Shown one piece after another: positions 39,827 through 48,804 of a stretch of DNA of 64,000 nt. The notes under the pieces are model-generated. The model saw only the letters and a program-made list of their open reading frames with translations, searched no databases and was not told where the DNA came from. Position numbers and translations under genes: made by a program. Position 1 is the stretch's first letter, and the number at the start of each line of letters is the position of its first letter. Source of the DNA: a virus (taxonomy: Duplodnaviria; Caudoviricetes); the IMG/VR virus record IMGVR_UViG_3300029305_003800, positions 35,787 to 99,786 of that record; one strand, given 5' to 3'.

Positions 39827-40009
39827 ATGAAAAGATGTCCTGTGTGTAATTCAGAAATGATAATTGAAGATACACACATAATAACAGTAAAATATAAAAT
39901 TGTAGGAGATAAAAGAGGAAAAAATCCTACAGTAGAAAAACCTAATGAGACAAATAAAATAAGTTCAAAGATGATATGTCAAAACTGTAAACATTCAGTG
40001 GAGATATAA
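39827..40009 (+). CDS. zinc-ribbon protein
   Basis: CPVC...CQNC; AGGAGG RBS. Confidence 0.6.
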   Translation: MKRCPVCNSEMIIEDTHIITVKYKIVGDKRGKNPTVEKPNETNKISSKMICQNCKHSVEI

Positions 40010-40011
40010 TT

Positions 40012-40350
40012 ATGAAGCAGTCTATTCTATTAAATAGACAATATTTGACAAATCTCATTAATCAAGAAATATTACCAAAATATAAATTATCTTTTAGAAT
40101 AATGAATAGTGAAACAACAAATTCAGTTTATATTAGATTTGCAATAATGAAGGGTGTAGAGATAACATTAAGAATATCAGATCATTTAGATACAAGAAAG
40201 AATATGAAGCAGTTCATAATAAATATAAACAATAAAATGACAAATTCTAAGAGAAAGTTGTTGGTAAGAACTATAATAAACAGCATAAAGTATGGACAAA
40301 GAATAAATGTATATAAACTATTGTCAAAAGGAGATGTAAATGAACAATAA
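40012..40350 (+). CDS. hypothetical protein
   Basis: S.TTNSVY...LRISDH motif. Confidence 0.6.
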   Translation: MKQSILLNRQYLTNLINQEILPKYKLSFRIMNSETTNSVYIRFAIMKGVEITLRISDHLDTRKNMKQFIININNKMTNSKRKLLVRTIINSIKYGQRINVYKLLSKGDVNEQ

Positions 40351-41656
40351 ATTACAAGAACTTCAAGAGATTGTAAATAAATTATCATCAACATCTTCAA
40401 GATTAGAAAAAGAGCAGATTATCAGAGACAATTCTAATAACTCTTATTTCATAGAGATGTGTAAATTCTTATACGATCCAATGATTGTAACAGGAATAAG
40501 TGATAAGAAGATGGAAAGGTCAGATAATTCGCTCTTTTTTAATGATTTATTTGAAGAAGAGATGGAATTTTTAGAAACTCTTGAATACTTAAAAGAACAC
40601 AACACAGGAACAAATGAAAGTGTTGATAAGATTTGTAAATATATAGCAAATCATAAAGAATATGAAGATCTATTAAAGAAGATATATACAAAGAGTCTAA
40701 AATTAGGAATAGACGCAACAACAATAAATAATGTTATGGGTGAAGGATTTATCAAAACATTTGATGTTATGCTTGCTGAAAACTATTTTGAAAATATAGA
40801 TATAGTTGAAGGAAAGTCATTTATATTAACAACTAAATTAGACGGCAACAGAATGTGTGCTGTAGTTGATGACGAAGGAGTAAAACTTTATACTCGTCAA
40901 GGACAACCATATAAAGATATGCCAGATATAGAGCATGAGTTAAATAGATTGCCAAAGGGATATTTATATGACGGGGAACTTATAGCAGACTTAGACATAG
41001 AAAACACAGAGGAATTATTTAGAGCAACTACAAGTGCAGTAAGAAAAGATGGCACAAAGACAGGAGTAATATTTCATATATTTGATATGGTTCCTGTTGA
41101 AGAGTTCTGGAAAGGTCAAGGCACAGAAACAACAACACAAAGAAAGTTAAGATTACATGATATATTTCAAAGAGCATGTCCAAAATTTAGATGGTTAAAT
41201 GAGGTTAAAATCTTATATCTAGGAAACGATACAAAAGAAATCAATAGATGGTTGGAAAATATAACTGCGACAGGTGGAGAGGGTGTAATGATAAATATAA
41301 CAGATGCTCCATACGAATGTAAGCGAACTAAAAATTTACTAAAAGTAAAGAAATTCAAAACAGCAGATGTAAAAGTATTAAATGTAAATTCTGGCACAGG
41401 AAGATTTGAAAACACACTTGGTAGCATTGCAGTAGAGTTTGAATATAAAGATAATAAATATACTTGTGATGTAGGATCTGGATTTACAGACGAACAAAGA
41501 GAAAAATATTGGAATAATAAAGAACTACTGCTAGGAAAAATAGTTGAGGTGAAGTATTTTGAAATATCACAAGATGCAGATGGAAAATATTCAATGAGAT
41601 TCCCTGTTTGGTTAGACAGAATAAGAGAAGAAAAAGATGAGATATCAATGTTTTAG
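40340..41656 (+). CDS. ATP-dependent DNA ligase
   Basis: KLDGNR, YDGEL, HIFDM, EGVM, LLKVK, VGSGF, RFPV. Confidence 0.93.
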   Translation: MNNKLQELQEIVNKLSSTSSRLEKEQIIRDNSNNSYFIEMCKFLYDPMIVTGISDKKMERSDNSLFFNDLFEEEMEFLETLEYLKEHNTGTNESVDKICKYIANHKEYEDLLKKIYTKSLKLGIDATTINNVMGEGFIKTFDVMLAENYFENIDIVEGKSFILTTKLDGNRMCAVVDDEGVKLYTRQGQPYKDMPDIEHELNRLPKGYLYDGELIADLDIENTEELFRATTSAVRKDGTKTGVIFHIFDMVPVEEFWKGQGTETTTQRKLRLHDIFQRACPKFRWLNEVKILYLGNDTKEINRWLENITATGGEGVMINITDAPYECKRTKNLLKVKKFKTADVKVLNVNSGTGRFENTLGSIAVEFEYKDNKYTCDVGSGFTDEQREKYWNNKELLLGKIVEVKYFEISQDADGKYSMRFPVWLDRIREEKDEISMF

Positions 41657-41682
41657 ATTATAATAAATTAGAGGAATAATTT

Positions 41683-41979
41683 ATGAGATTTAACAGAAGA
41701 TATACAAATGGCAGAATAATGGATGGTAGTATAGATTATATCTGTGAAAGAATTGCTACAACATATATAGAAACAGGAAGAACAATGCGAAGTTTAGCAA
41801 GCGAGTATAGATGTAGTCCATCAACAATATGCAATTATTTGAATAAATATGCAAGAAATCATTTACCTTATGATATGTATAAACAAGTTCAAAGTAGAGC
41901 AAGATTAAATAAGAATGAAGCATATGAAAATGGTCGCAGTGAGAATTACTATTCTGATGAGTTGGGGAGTTTAGATTAG
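41683..41979 (+). CDS. SpoIIID-like HTH protein
   Basis: DYICERIA..YIETGRTMRSLASEYRCSPSTICNYL parallels the SpoIIID N-terminal HTH. Confidence 0.6.
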   Translation: MRFNRRYTNGRIMDGSIDYICERIATTYIETGRTMRSLASEYRCSPSTICNYLNKYARNHLPYDMYKQVQSRARLNKNEAYENGRSENYYSDELGSLD

Positions 41980-41981
41980 TT

Positions 41982-42272
41982 ATGTTACAGATAGATAATG
42001 TAGTAAATCCTGGAGAAGATTTATATGTATTAATAGGTGGAGAAGATCCACTACATGCCAGTATAGAAAGATTCAGAGCAGATGAAATATCAATAGACAA
42101 AGAAGGAACAATTTATTATATAGATAAATCTAACTTTGTAGAGGATGTAAGAATATCAAATAAAAATGTAATAGGGAGAACATTTGATGAAGTAAATAAG
42201 ATACTTCATAAACTATTACACAGAGAATTAAAATGGGAGGAAATTGCAGTATGGAAGAGAAAAGAAAAGTAA
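41982..42272 (+). CDS. hypothetical protein
   Basis: packed ORF with GGGAG RBS. Confidence 0.55.
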   Translation: MLQIDNVVNPGEDLYVLIGGEDPLHASIERFRADEISIDKEGTIYYIDKSNFVEDVRISNKNVIGRTFDEVNKILHKLLHRELKWEEIAVWKRKEK

Positions 42273-42466
42273 AACCATACAAGGTGGTATATATTTGTGA
42301 CAGATGTAAGTCAGGAGAAATGACTCCTACAGGACAAGTATTTAATTTAGGTAAACCACAAATAGAGCATGTTTGTCCAGTTTGCGGATTTAGAAAATCA
42401 TTTACTGATAAATATCCAAAAATAGAGTTCAGAGAAATAAAATCCAGAAAAATTGAGGAGGAATAA
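42251..42466 (+). CDS. zinc-ribbon protein
   Basis: CDRC...HVCPVCG; GGAGG RBS. Confidence 0.6.
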   Translation: MEEKRKVKPYKVVYICDRCKSGEMTPTGQVFNLGKPQIEHVCPVCGFRKSFTDKYPKIEFREIKSRKIEEE

Positions 42467-42774
42467 TGACAAGAGAGCAATTAGAATGCATAGGTATAAA
42501 AGATCGCACAGGAACAGAAATAAGAAATGGTGATGTGTTTGAATATGAGAATACCTATGTAATTAGAAAAGATGCAGAGACAAGAGAATTCAATATATAC
42601 GAATATGAAAATCAAGTAGAATACGGAGTAGATGAAGAACCATATTTTATACTAGTAGGAATATATAGTATTACAGATGATGAAATAGATTTAACACAAG
42701 ATCAGATAAAAGGAAATATATTCATTGATTATAAAGAAATGTTAAATCAAATTCATGAAGAGGAGGATGAATAA
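42466..42774 (+). CDS. YopX-like protein
   Basis: CIGIKDRTGTEIRNGDV...KGNIF. Confidence 0.65.
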   Translation: MTREQLECIGIKDRTGTEIRNGDVFEYENTYVIRKDAETREFNIYEYENQVEYGVDEEPYFILVGIYSITDDEIDLTQDQIKGNIFIDYKEMLNQIHEEEDE

Positions 42775-42776
42775 TC

Positions 42777-43019
42777 TTGGACAGAAAGTTATCTGAATTT
42801 ATTTGCCGAGATAAAAGATTAAGAGCAGCAAGAATGGAGAATAAAGATTTATATTCAACATTTGCATCAGTATTATACGATATTCCATACGAAGAGTGTT
42901 TAGAATTCAAAGATGGAGAACCTTATATAGCAGGAAAGAAAAGAAGAGCATTCGCTAAGGCAGTAATATTAGCAATGTATTTTGGAAATTATGAAACAGT
43001 AAGAGGTATAATGAAGTGA
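42777..43019 (+). CDS. stand-alone paralog of the PolA fingers/motif B region (80 aa)
   Basis: DK......KDLY...AS..Y...YEECLEF...GK.RR...KAV.L shared with this phage's own polymerase; GAGGAGG RBS, TTG start. Confidence 0.75.
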   Translation: MDRKLSEFICRDKRLRAARMENKDLYSTFASVLYDIPYEECLEFKDGEPYIAGKKRRAFAKAVILAMYFGNYETVRGIMK

Positions 43020-43684
43020 GAGAATATATAAAAATAGAGACAGTATTCAAGAGAGGAGAAGATAAGAAACTAACAGAAGAATATAGATCTCCTGAAATAG
43101 AATACTTAAAAGACAATGAATGGGTATTTACAGAAAAGATAGATGGCACAAATATAAGAGTTCATTGGGACGGACACAAAGTAGAATTTGGTGGCAGAAC
43201 AGATAAAGCAGAAATACCAAAACACATATTAGCAAGACTAGAAGAACTATTTGCAGGCACAGTAAATGAAGAGATATTTGAACAATTATTCGCAGATAAA
43301 GATGTAATACTATTCGGAGAAGGATACGGAGAGAGAGTTCAAACAAATGGATACACAGAGTTTACAGACAACAAAGTAGATTTCATACTGTTTGACATCC
43401 TAGTAGATAATAAATATTGGTTAAAAAGAGACGCACTAGAAGACATAGCAAAACAATTAAACATAAAGATAGTTCCGATAGTTACAGTAGGCACAATAGA
43501 AGATGGCATAAAATATGTATTAAGTGCAAATAAAACATTCTTACAAAAATCAGGAAGAATACAAGAAGGAATAGTAGGAAAACCAGCAGTAGAAATGCAG
43601 GACAGAAATGGTAATAGAATAATAGTAAAAATAAAACTACAAGACTTCAATAAAGAATGGTTAGACAAACATTATAATAAATAA
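43016..43684 (+). CDS. RNA ligase (Rnl2-like nucleotidyltransferase)
   Basis: WVFTEKIDGTN, LFGEGYG, FILFDI, EGIV, IVKIK; no OB domain. Confidence 0.82.
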   Translation: MREYIKIETVFKRGEDKKLTEEYRSPEIEYLKDNEWVFTEKIDGTNIRVHWDGHKVEFGGRTDKAEIPKHILARLEELFAGTVNEEIFEQLFADKDVILFGEGYGERVQTNGYTEFTDNKVDFILFDILVDNKYWLKRDALEDIAKQLNIKIVPIVTVGTIEDGIKYVLSANKTFLQKSGRIQEGIVGKPAVEMQDRNGNRIIVKIKLQDFNKEWLDKHYNK

Positions 43685-43821
43685 TACAGTCTAGATCAGT
43701 AAATGTATTCTATTATAAGAATATAATAGAATAATACAACAGCAGAATTCAGAGTAATTATAATAGAATTTTTCTTCATATGAGGGAAAATAAAAGATCA
43801 TATAATCAAGGAGATAATAAT

Positions 43822-44493
43822 ATGGCAGTTAATAAGAAACAAACAAAACCAGAAGATAAATTAGATGCATTAATGTATTCAATGCAAATGTTCAATAGAC
43901 TATTCAATAAAGAGATAGAGTCAGATAAAGAGTTCACAGAAAGAATAAGCAAGATGACAAAGGAACAGTTAATTGGAGAAGTCTTACAATTAAAGGCACA
44001 ACTAAAAGATTTACTCTCTCAAAGAGAGCAGGACAACACAATAGCAAAAGCAATAAGAGAAGGAATGCAACAAGTAGCATTCTCAAACAGTCAATCAGGA
44101 TTAACAGTAGATAAATCATTTGTAGATACAGCAGTATCAAAAGTGTCTTTTGAAACAACAGATAAGATAAATGATAAAATAAAGTCAGAACAAAAGAGAA
44201 TGTCAACTGCATATAGATTCATACAAGAGTTAGAGAAATACAAAGCAACAAGACAACAAGAAATGTATTCAGGAGAATTAATAAAATTCTTGCATGTAAA
44301 TCCATATGACATGAGTGCAGAGTATTTAGAGCAAATGATAGATATAATGCATAGTGACATAGACAGACAGAACATATATAATCATGGATGGGATGATGCA
44401 CTTATAGAAGTGACAAAGAGAATAGATAAGAAGAATGTCAAGAAATTGCCAGACTATAGAGAGTTGAAATTTAATATCAAGGTAGATAAATAA
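43822..44493 (+). CDS. hypothetical protein
   Basis: AAGGAG RBS before ATG 43822. Confidence 0.65.
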   Translation: MAVNKKQTKPEDKLDALMYSMQMFNRLFNKEIESDKEFTERISKMTKEQLIGEVLQLKAQLKDLLSQREQDNTIAKAIREGMQQVAFSNSQSGLTVDKSFVDTAVSKVSFETTDKINDKIKSEQKRMSTAYRFIQELEKYKATRQQEMYSGELIKFLHVNPYDMSAEYLEQMIDIMHSDIDRQNIYNHGWDDALIEVTKRIDKKNVKKLPDYRELKFNIKVDK

Positions 44494-44554
44494 CACACAA
44501 AGCAGTTGAGCAAGATACGTAACTGCTTTATAATTATATAGGGAGATAAAAGAC

Positions 44555-44848
44555 ATGTGGCAACATATAGTAGATGCATTTACAAAACCAGAGTTAGAAA
44601 GATCATTTGTAGATAATTTAATTTTAGCAATTTGTATAGTTGTAATATTATTAGTTATAGCAGGAATAATATTCTTAATAGCATTATTAATTGACAAAAT
44701 TAAAAGAGATATATCGCATAAGAAAAGAATGAGTTGTAAGAATTGCAGATACAGTGGATTTAATTCATATAGATGCACTCACGATAAATGTATAGGATGT
44801 AAAGATTACGAAAAGGAGAATAAGAATGACAACAAAGGACAGGGATAA
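44555..44848 (+). CDS. membrane protein with Cys-rich tail
   Basis: one TM helix; CKNC...C....C..C. Confidence 0.6.
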   Translation: MWQHIVDAFTKPELERSFVDNLILAICIVVILLVIAGIIFLIALLIDKIKRDISHKKRMSCKNCRYSGFNSYRCTHDKCIGCKDYEKENKNDNKGQG

Positions 44849-45293
44849 CTTCTTTTCATTAATGGTATTTTATGATAAATTGACAACATGGAAAGATGAT
44901 AAAGAAAGTGAGATAACAGATAAAGATAGAACAAAATTAAAGATTATTACAGATACAATTCTTGCTATGTTAGTGCAATATAGAAAGCGAGAGGGAGAAA
45001 CTGCAATGAATGCAATACTTAATGAGAGTAGTAATTATAAATTTGCAATAATGAAGAAAGATGAGGAATTAGATTTATCTGGAACATTTGAATTAGATAT
45101 AGTTAAGTCAGCAATGAAACAGATTGCAAAAGAGGCAACAGCATGTGTATTCTGCGATAAGAAGAAACATGATAAATGTCCGTGGTTCACTCTTAATAAA
45201 TTTATGGGAGTAACAGAATATCCAGTTAAGAAAGGTGAGTGTCCGTATAAATTTGATGAAAGTGATTTATTCGATTTGGAGGACATGACATGA
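44826..45293 (+). CDS. hypothetical protein (C-terminal Cys cluster)
   Basis: AAGGAG RBS; CVFC...CP...CPY. Confidence 0.65.
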   Translation: MTTKDRDNFFSLMVFYDKLTTWKDDKESEITDKDRTKLKIITDTILAMLVQYRKREGETAMNAILNESSNYKFAIMKKDEELDLSGTFELDIVKSAMKQIAKEATACVFCDKKKHDKCPWFTLNKFMGVTEYPVKKGECPYKFDESDLFDLEDMT

Positions 45294-45366
45294 TGATAGG
45301 CTCAATAATAGGTGGTATTGTATGCTTTATTTTATTAATGATAATATTCTATAAATGAGATAGGAA

Positions 45367-45612
45367 GTGAATAAGAAGTGTTATATATGTGGAATTGAAA
45401 CATATACTGTGCCAGTTGAATGTGCTAATGGGTATATTCGTGATGTATGCCAAAGTTGCTACAGAAGAAAGGTTGGTGCAGTAGATCCTATAACAATATT
45501 ACAAGCAAATGTAGAAGGGATTGCTAAAAGTCTAAGTGATGTCCAAAGACAACAAGCAGAAAGTATTGCTAGAGGAATAGTAGAAAGAAGAGCATTTGAA
45601 GATGTAGAATAG
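45367..45612 (+). CDS. zinc-finger hypothetical protein
   Basis: CYICG...VCQSC. Confidence 0.55.
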   Translation: MNKKCYICGIETYTVPVECANGYIRDVCQSCYRRKVGAVDPITILQANVEGIAKSLSDVQRQQAESIARGIVERRAFEDVE

Positions 45613-45626
45613 TAGAGGAATTATAA

Positions 45627-45932
45627 ATGAATGATATTTGTGTTTTTGGTAATTACAAAGTAAGAAGAATTTGTAATTATTCTTATATATCGGATAAGAT
45701 AGATGATGAATATATTTTTAGTGATGGCAAGGCAGATGAGACTAAAACAATAGATGGTGGCAGACTAATGGAAATGATAGCAAAGGAAATGTTAGAGCAC
45801 GATACAATAGGAGTCCACTTCTATGATGAAGAAAATTCATTAAAGATATCTATAGAAGGATTCAATCCGAATACAGGAGAAGGATCTGATACTGATTATA
45901 TAATAGAACGAATTGAGGAGAATAATAAGTGA
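45627..45932 (+). CDS. hypothetical protein
   Basis: GAGGA RBS. Confidence 0.6.
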   Translation: MNDICVFGNYKVRRICNYSYISDKIDDEYIFSDGKADETKTIDGGRLMEMIAKEMLEHDTIGVHFYDEENSLKISIEGFNPNTGEGSDTDYIIERIEENNK

Positions 45933-46423
45933 GAACAGTTGTAATGAGCATAAAACCAGAATGGGTATGTAAAATACTGACGAGAGAAAAGATACTTGAA
46001 GCAAGAAAGATATTGCCAAAGTCAGATGGTCCAGTTAGAGTGTTAATTTATTGTTCTAAAGGACATCCTAAAATTACAATGAATAATCATGGAGTAGAAT
46101 ACTTTGCTTATGGAACAGATAGGAATTATTGTTTTCATGATGATTTAATAGAAAAAGAGCATGTTCTAAATGGAAAGATTGTAGGAGAATTTGTTTATTA
46201 TGGAATTTATAAGACAGTTCAATTCAACTATTGGAGAGGTGAATATGACTGTAATCCTACAGGAGCATGTCTAAAGAAATTAGATTTAGAGTTATATGGT
46301 GATAGAAAACCAATACATTTCATAAAGATAGAAAATCTACAGGTATATGGAGTTCCAAAAGAATTAGAAGAATTTAACATAAAGAAAGCACCACAGAACT
46401 TTTTATATGTAGATTTGAATTAA
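45929..46423 (+). CDS. ASCH/PUA-like domain protein
   Basis: MSIKPEW..KIL..EK..E.RK, VLIYCS, GKIVGEF, APQNFLY. Confidence 0.75.
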   Translation: MRTVVMSIKPEWVCKILTREKILEARKILPKSDGPVRVLIYCSKGHPKITMNNHGVEYFAYGTDRNYCFHDDLIEKEHVLNGKIVGEFVYYGIYKTVQFNYWRGEYDCNPTGACLKKLDLELYGDRKPIHFIKIENLQVYGVPKELEEFNIKKAPQNFLYVDLN

Positions 46424-46457
46424 ATGAATAATCAGTTATACTAAGTTAGGAGGAATC

Positions 46458-46703
46458 ATGGATAGAATAACAGAATGTGAATGTTACGGAAAGTGCAAAC
46501 TTAAAAGAGAATTAACACAGGAAGATATTAATTACATATGGAACATAGAACAAACTCTTGAAATGTATAATATTGAAGTAGATGATTTAGAGAATATAAT
46601 AACAGATGGTATGGAATATAGAGAAGAAGAACACAAGGCATCAAAGAATGTCTACAGAGAATTAAAGAGAGTTGTAAAAGAATTTAAGCAATTATATGAA
46701 TAG
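46458..46703 (+). CDS. hypothetical protein
   Basis: AGGAGG RBS. Confidence 0.6.
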   Translation: MDRITECECYGKCKLKRELTQEDINYIWNIEQTLEMYNIEVDDLENIITDGMEYREEEHKASKNVYRELKRVVKEFKQLYE

Positions 46704-46712
46704 GAGAATAAT

Positions 46713-47339
46713 ATGAACAAATTATTTGAAGATGCAATGCCATATGTAGAAAATAAAACAAGGGCATCAAAAGAGATGTCAAGAGTGGCAAAACAAGTAA
46801 GAGAAATAACTCATTATGATTTAGAGGATATTAGTCTTTATAAAGATATGTTACATTATAAGGGATTAGGGTGGACTGAGACTCCATTAACAAAACCAGA
46901 TCCAGATGTAAGATTCAAGGATAGAGTATCTCCTTGCTTTAGAAGAATAGTAGATTTGGTGAGAGTGGCGAAAGAGTTTGGAGATGTAGAAATCTTAAAG
47001 GAATATTTATCAGCCATGCACGATATAGGAATAGACATAATAATTAGGGATATTCCTGATAATACTAAAGTCTACAATGAAACAAAAGATCTTATGGAAG
47101 TCATGAATAAGTTACAAGGTAAAATATGTTTTAATGCAAATCAATTGAGAGATATGGGAGATAAAGCAGAGGAAGAGAAACTCTGTCCTAAAACAAAATT
47201 CAAAAGATTAGCAGAGTGCAGATACAAACTTGAGGATGATGAAAGTGGTCATGTAAAAGACGGACTACATGATGTAGTAGCAGATAATTTATTGCACAAT
47301 CACGGAATACAAGAAGTATTGGAGGATGCAAATGAATAA
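46713..47339 (+). CDS. hypothetical protein
   Basis: AGGAG RBS. Confidence 0.65.
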   Translation: MNKLFEDAMPYVENKTRASKEMSRVAKQVREITHYDLEDISLYKDMLHYKGLGWTETPLTKPDPDVRFKDRVSPCFRRIVDLVRVAKEFGDVEILKEYLSAMHDIGIDIIIRDIPDNTKVYNETKDLMEVMNKLQGKICFNANQLRDMGDKAEEEKLCPKTKFKRLAECRYKLEDDESGHVKDGLHDVVADNLLHNHGIQEVLEDANE

Positions 47340-47583
47340 AATATTAGTAGGAACAGCAACATTTGACAGACTAGGAAATGATATGTTTTGGGAATACAAC
47401 TTCCATGATGAAGTATATAATTTTTTCAGAGTAAGATGGCAAGGATATGATGATGCTTATTGGTGGACAGAAGTAGAGCATAATGACAGAATAAGAAAAG
47501 TAGAAACTAATGGAGTCATTAAAGTATTTGAATTAGACCGCAAGACAAATGATGTATATCTATTGGAGGAAGACAATGCCTAA
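47332..47583 (+). CDS. hypothetical protein
   Basis: GGAGG RBS. Confidence 0.6.
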   Translation: MNKILVGTATFDRLGNDMFWEYNFHDEVYNFFRVRWQGYDDAYWWTEVEHNDRIRKVETNGVIKVFELDRKTNDVYLLEEDNA

Positions 47584-47860
47584 ATATATGAAAGATGCTA
47601 GATTAAAGAAACCTAGAGAAAAGAATTTTGAAGAAAGAGAACCAAAATACTTCCACAAGAAAATAAAAGAAATAAAACCAAAATCAGACCATAGGCACGA
47701 ATATGAAAAATGCATCATTAAAGAACAGGAAGGAGTTTACACATTTTTATATCTTGGAAGAAAATGCATGTATTGTAATAGGATACAGAAGGATAAATTC
47801 CTATTTACAAATGAAATTCCAGAAGATGTAAGAGATTTACCCGTAGTAGAGGTGAAGTAA
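47576..47860 (+). CDS. hypothetical protein
   Basis: GGAGG RBS; HRHEY..C...CMYC. Confidence 0.6.
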   Translation: MPKYMKDARLKKPREKNFEEREPKYFHKKIKEIKPKSDHRHEYEKCIIKEQEGVYTFLYLGRKCMYCNRIQKDKFLFTNEIPEDVRDLPVVEVK

Positions 47861-47862
47861 AA

Positions 47863-48510
47863 ATGTTAGGAATAGTTATAGCAATGAAATCTGAAGCAGA
47901 TTTAATTCTAGACGGGATATATGATGGAACATTAGAAGAAAAGACTCCTATTTATATAAAACAACCAGAAGGAGAGTTTGGAATAATTATTTCAGGAATA
48001 GGAAAAGTAAACGCAGCATGTGCAACACAGATGTTAATAGATAAAGTTCCTGTAGAATATTCAAAAATAAATCAAATAATGAATGTAGGAGTTTGTGGAG
48101 CGACATATGCAGCAGCAAAACAGAAAATGTTGGCACATATAGATTCAGCAGTTGAATTAGATTACAATACTTCAGCAATAGATGGAGATGAGTTTGATCC
48201 AAATCAAGAGACAATAGAAAATCTAAGACATAAATCAGATTTATTTAATATTCTATACACGGCAGATCATTTTACAACAGTAAAACCAACATTAAATGGT
48301 CATATCTTAGAGGGATATTTTGATATGGAAGGATTTGCAGTAGCAAAAGTAGCACATTTGAATGGCATTCCAGTAAGATTAATAAAATCAGTAACAGATA
48401 TAATTCAAGAAGATGATCAAATATGTCAATATGATGTAAATTTTGAAAAGGCATGTGGAAGATTAAATAGATATCTTGGTAAGACAATATTCAAAAAGAA
48501 GAGAAAATAA
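47863..48510 (+). CDS. mtnN: 5'-methylthioadenosine/S-adenosylhomocysteine nucleosidase
   Basis: GIVIAMKSEA, SGIGKVNAA..TQ.LI, NVGVCG, TADHF, DMEG.AVA.VA, IKSVTD. Confidence 0.85.
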   Translation: MLGIVIAMKSEADLILDGIYDGTLEEKTPIYIKQPEGEFGIIISGIGKVNAACATQMLIDKVPVEYSKINQIMNVGVCGATYAAAKQKMLAHIDSAVELDYNTSAIDGDEFDPNQETIENLRHKSDLFNILYTADHFTTVKPTLNGHILEGYFDMEGFAVAKVAHLNGIPVRLIKSVTDIIQEDDQICQYDVNFEKACGRLNRYLGKTIFKKKRK

Positions 48511-48544
48511 TATAAACGCATTATAATAAAACAGGAGATAAATC

Positions 48545-48799
48545 ATGGCAGTAGTAAAGATATCAAAAACAATTGTAAAAGAAAAAGTTGAATCAAAGTT
48601 AATAACAGACAAAGATCAGTTATTAAAACTTGCAGAAGAAATTGCTCCAGGATTATCAGATGCAATATTAGAATTCTTCAAGGCAAAAGATGAATTAGAT
48701 CCGGAGTTATTACAACAATTAGATGATTATGAAGGACCTGACACAGATAATATTGCAGGAATGGATAATGAATTCTTTGAGGACTCAGGAGAGATATAA
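48545..48799 (+). CDS. hypothetical acidic protein
   Basis: AGGAG RBS. Confidence 0.6.
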   Translation: MAVVKISKTIVKEKVESKLITDKDQLLKLAEEIAPGLSDAILEFFKAKDELDPELLQQLDDYEGPDTDNIAGMDNEFFEDSGEI

Positions 48800-48804
48800 A
48801 AATA

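Noticed and set aside
43706-43733. Perfect AT-rich inverted repeat TATTCTATTATA-agaa-TATAATAGAATA
   Set aside because: Nearly all A/T with no T-tract; function cannot be supported beyond a possible regulatory hairpin.
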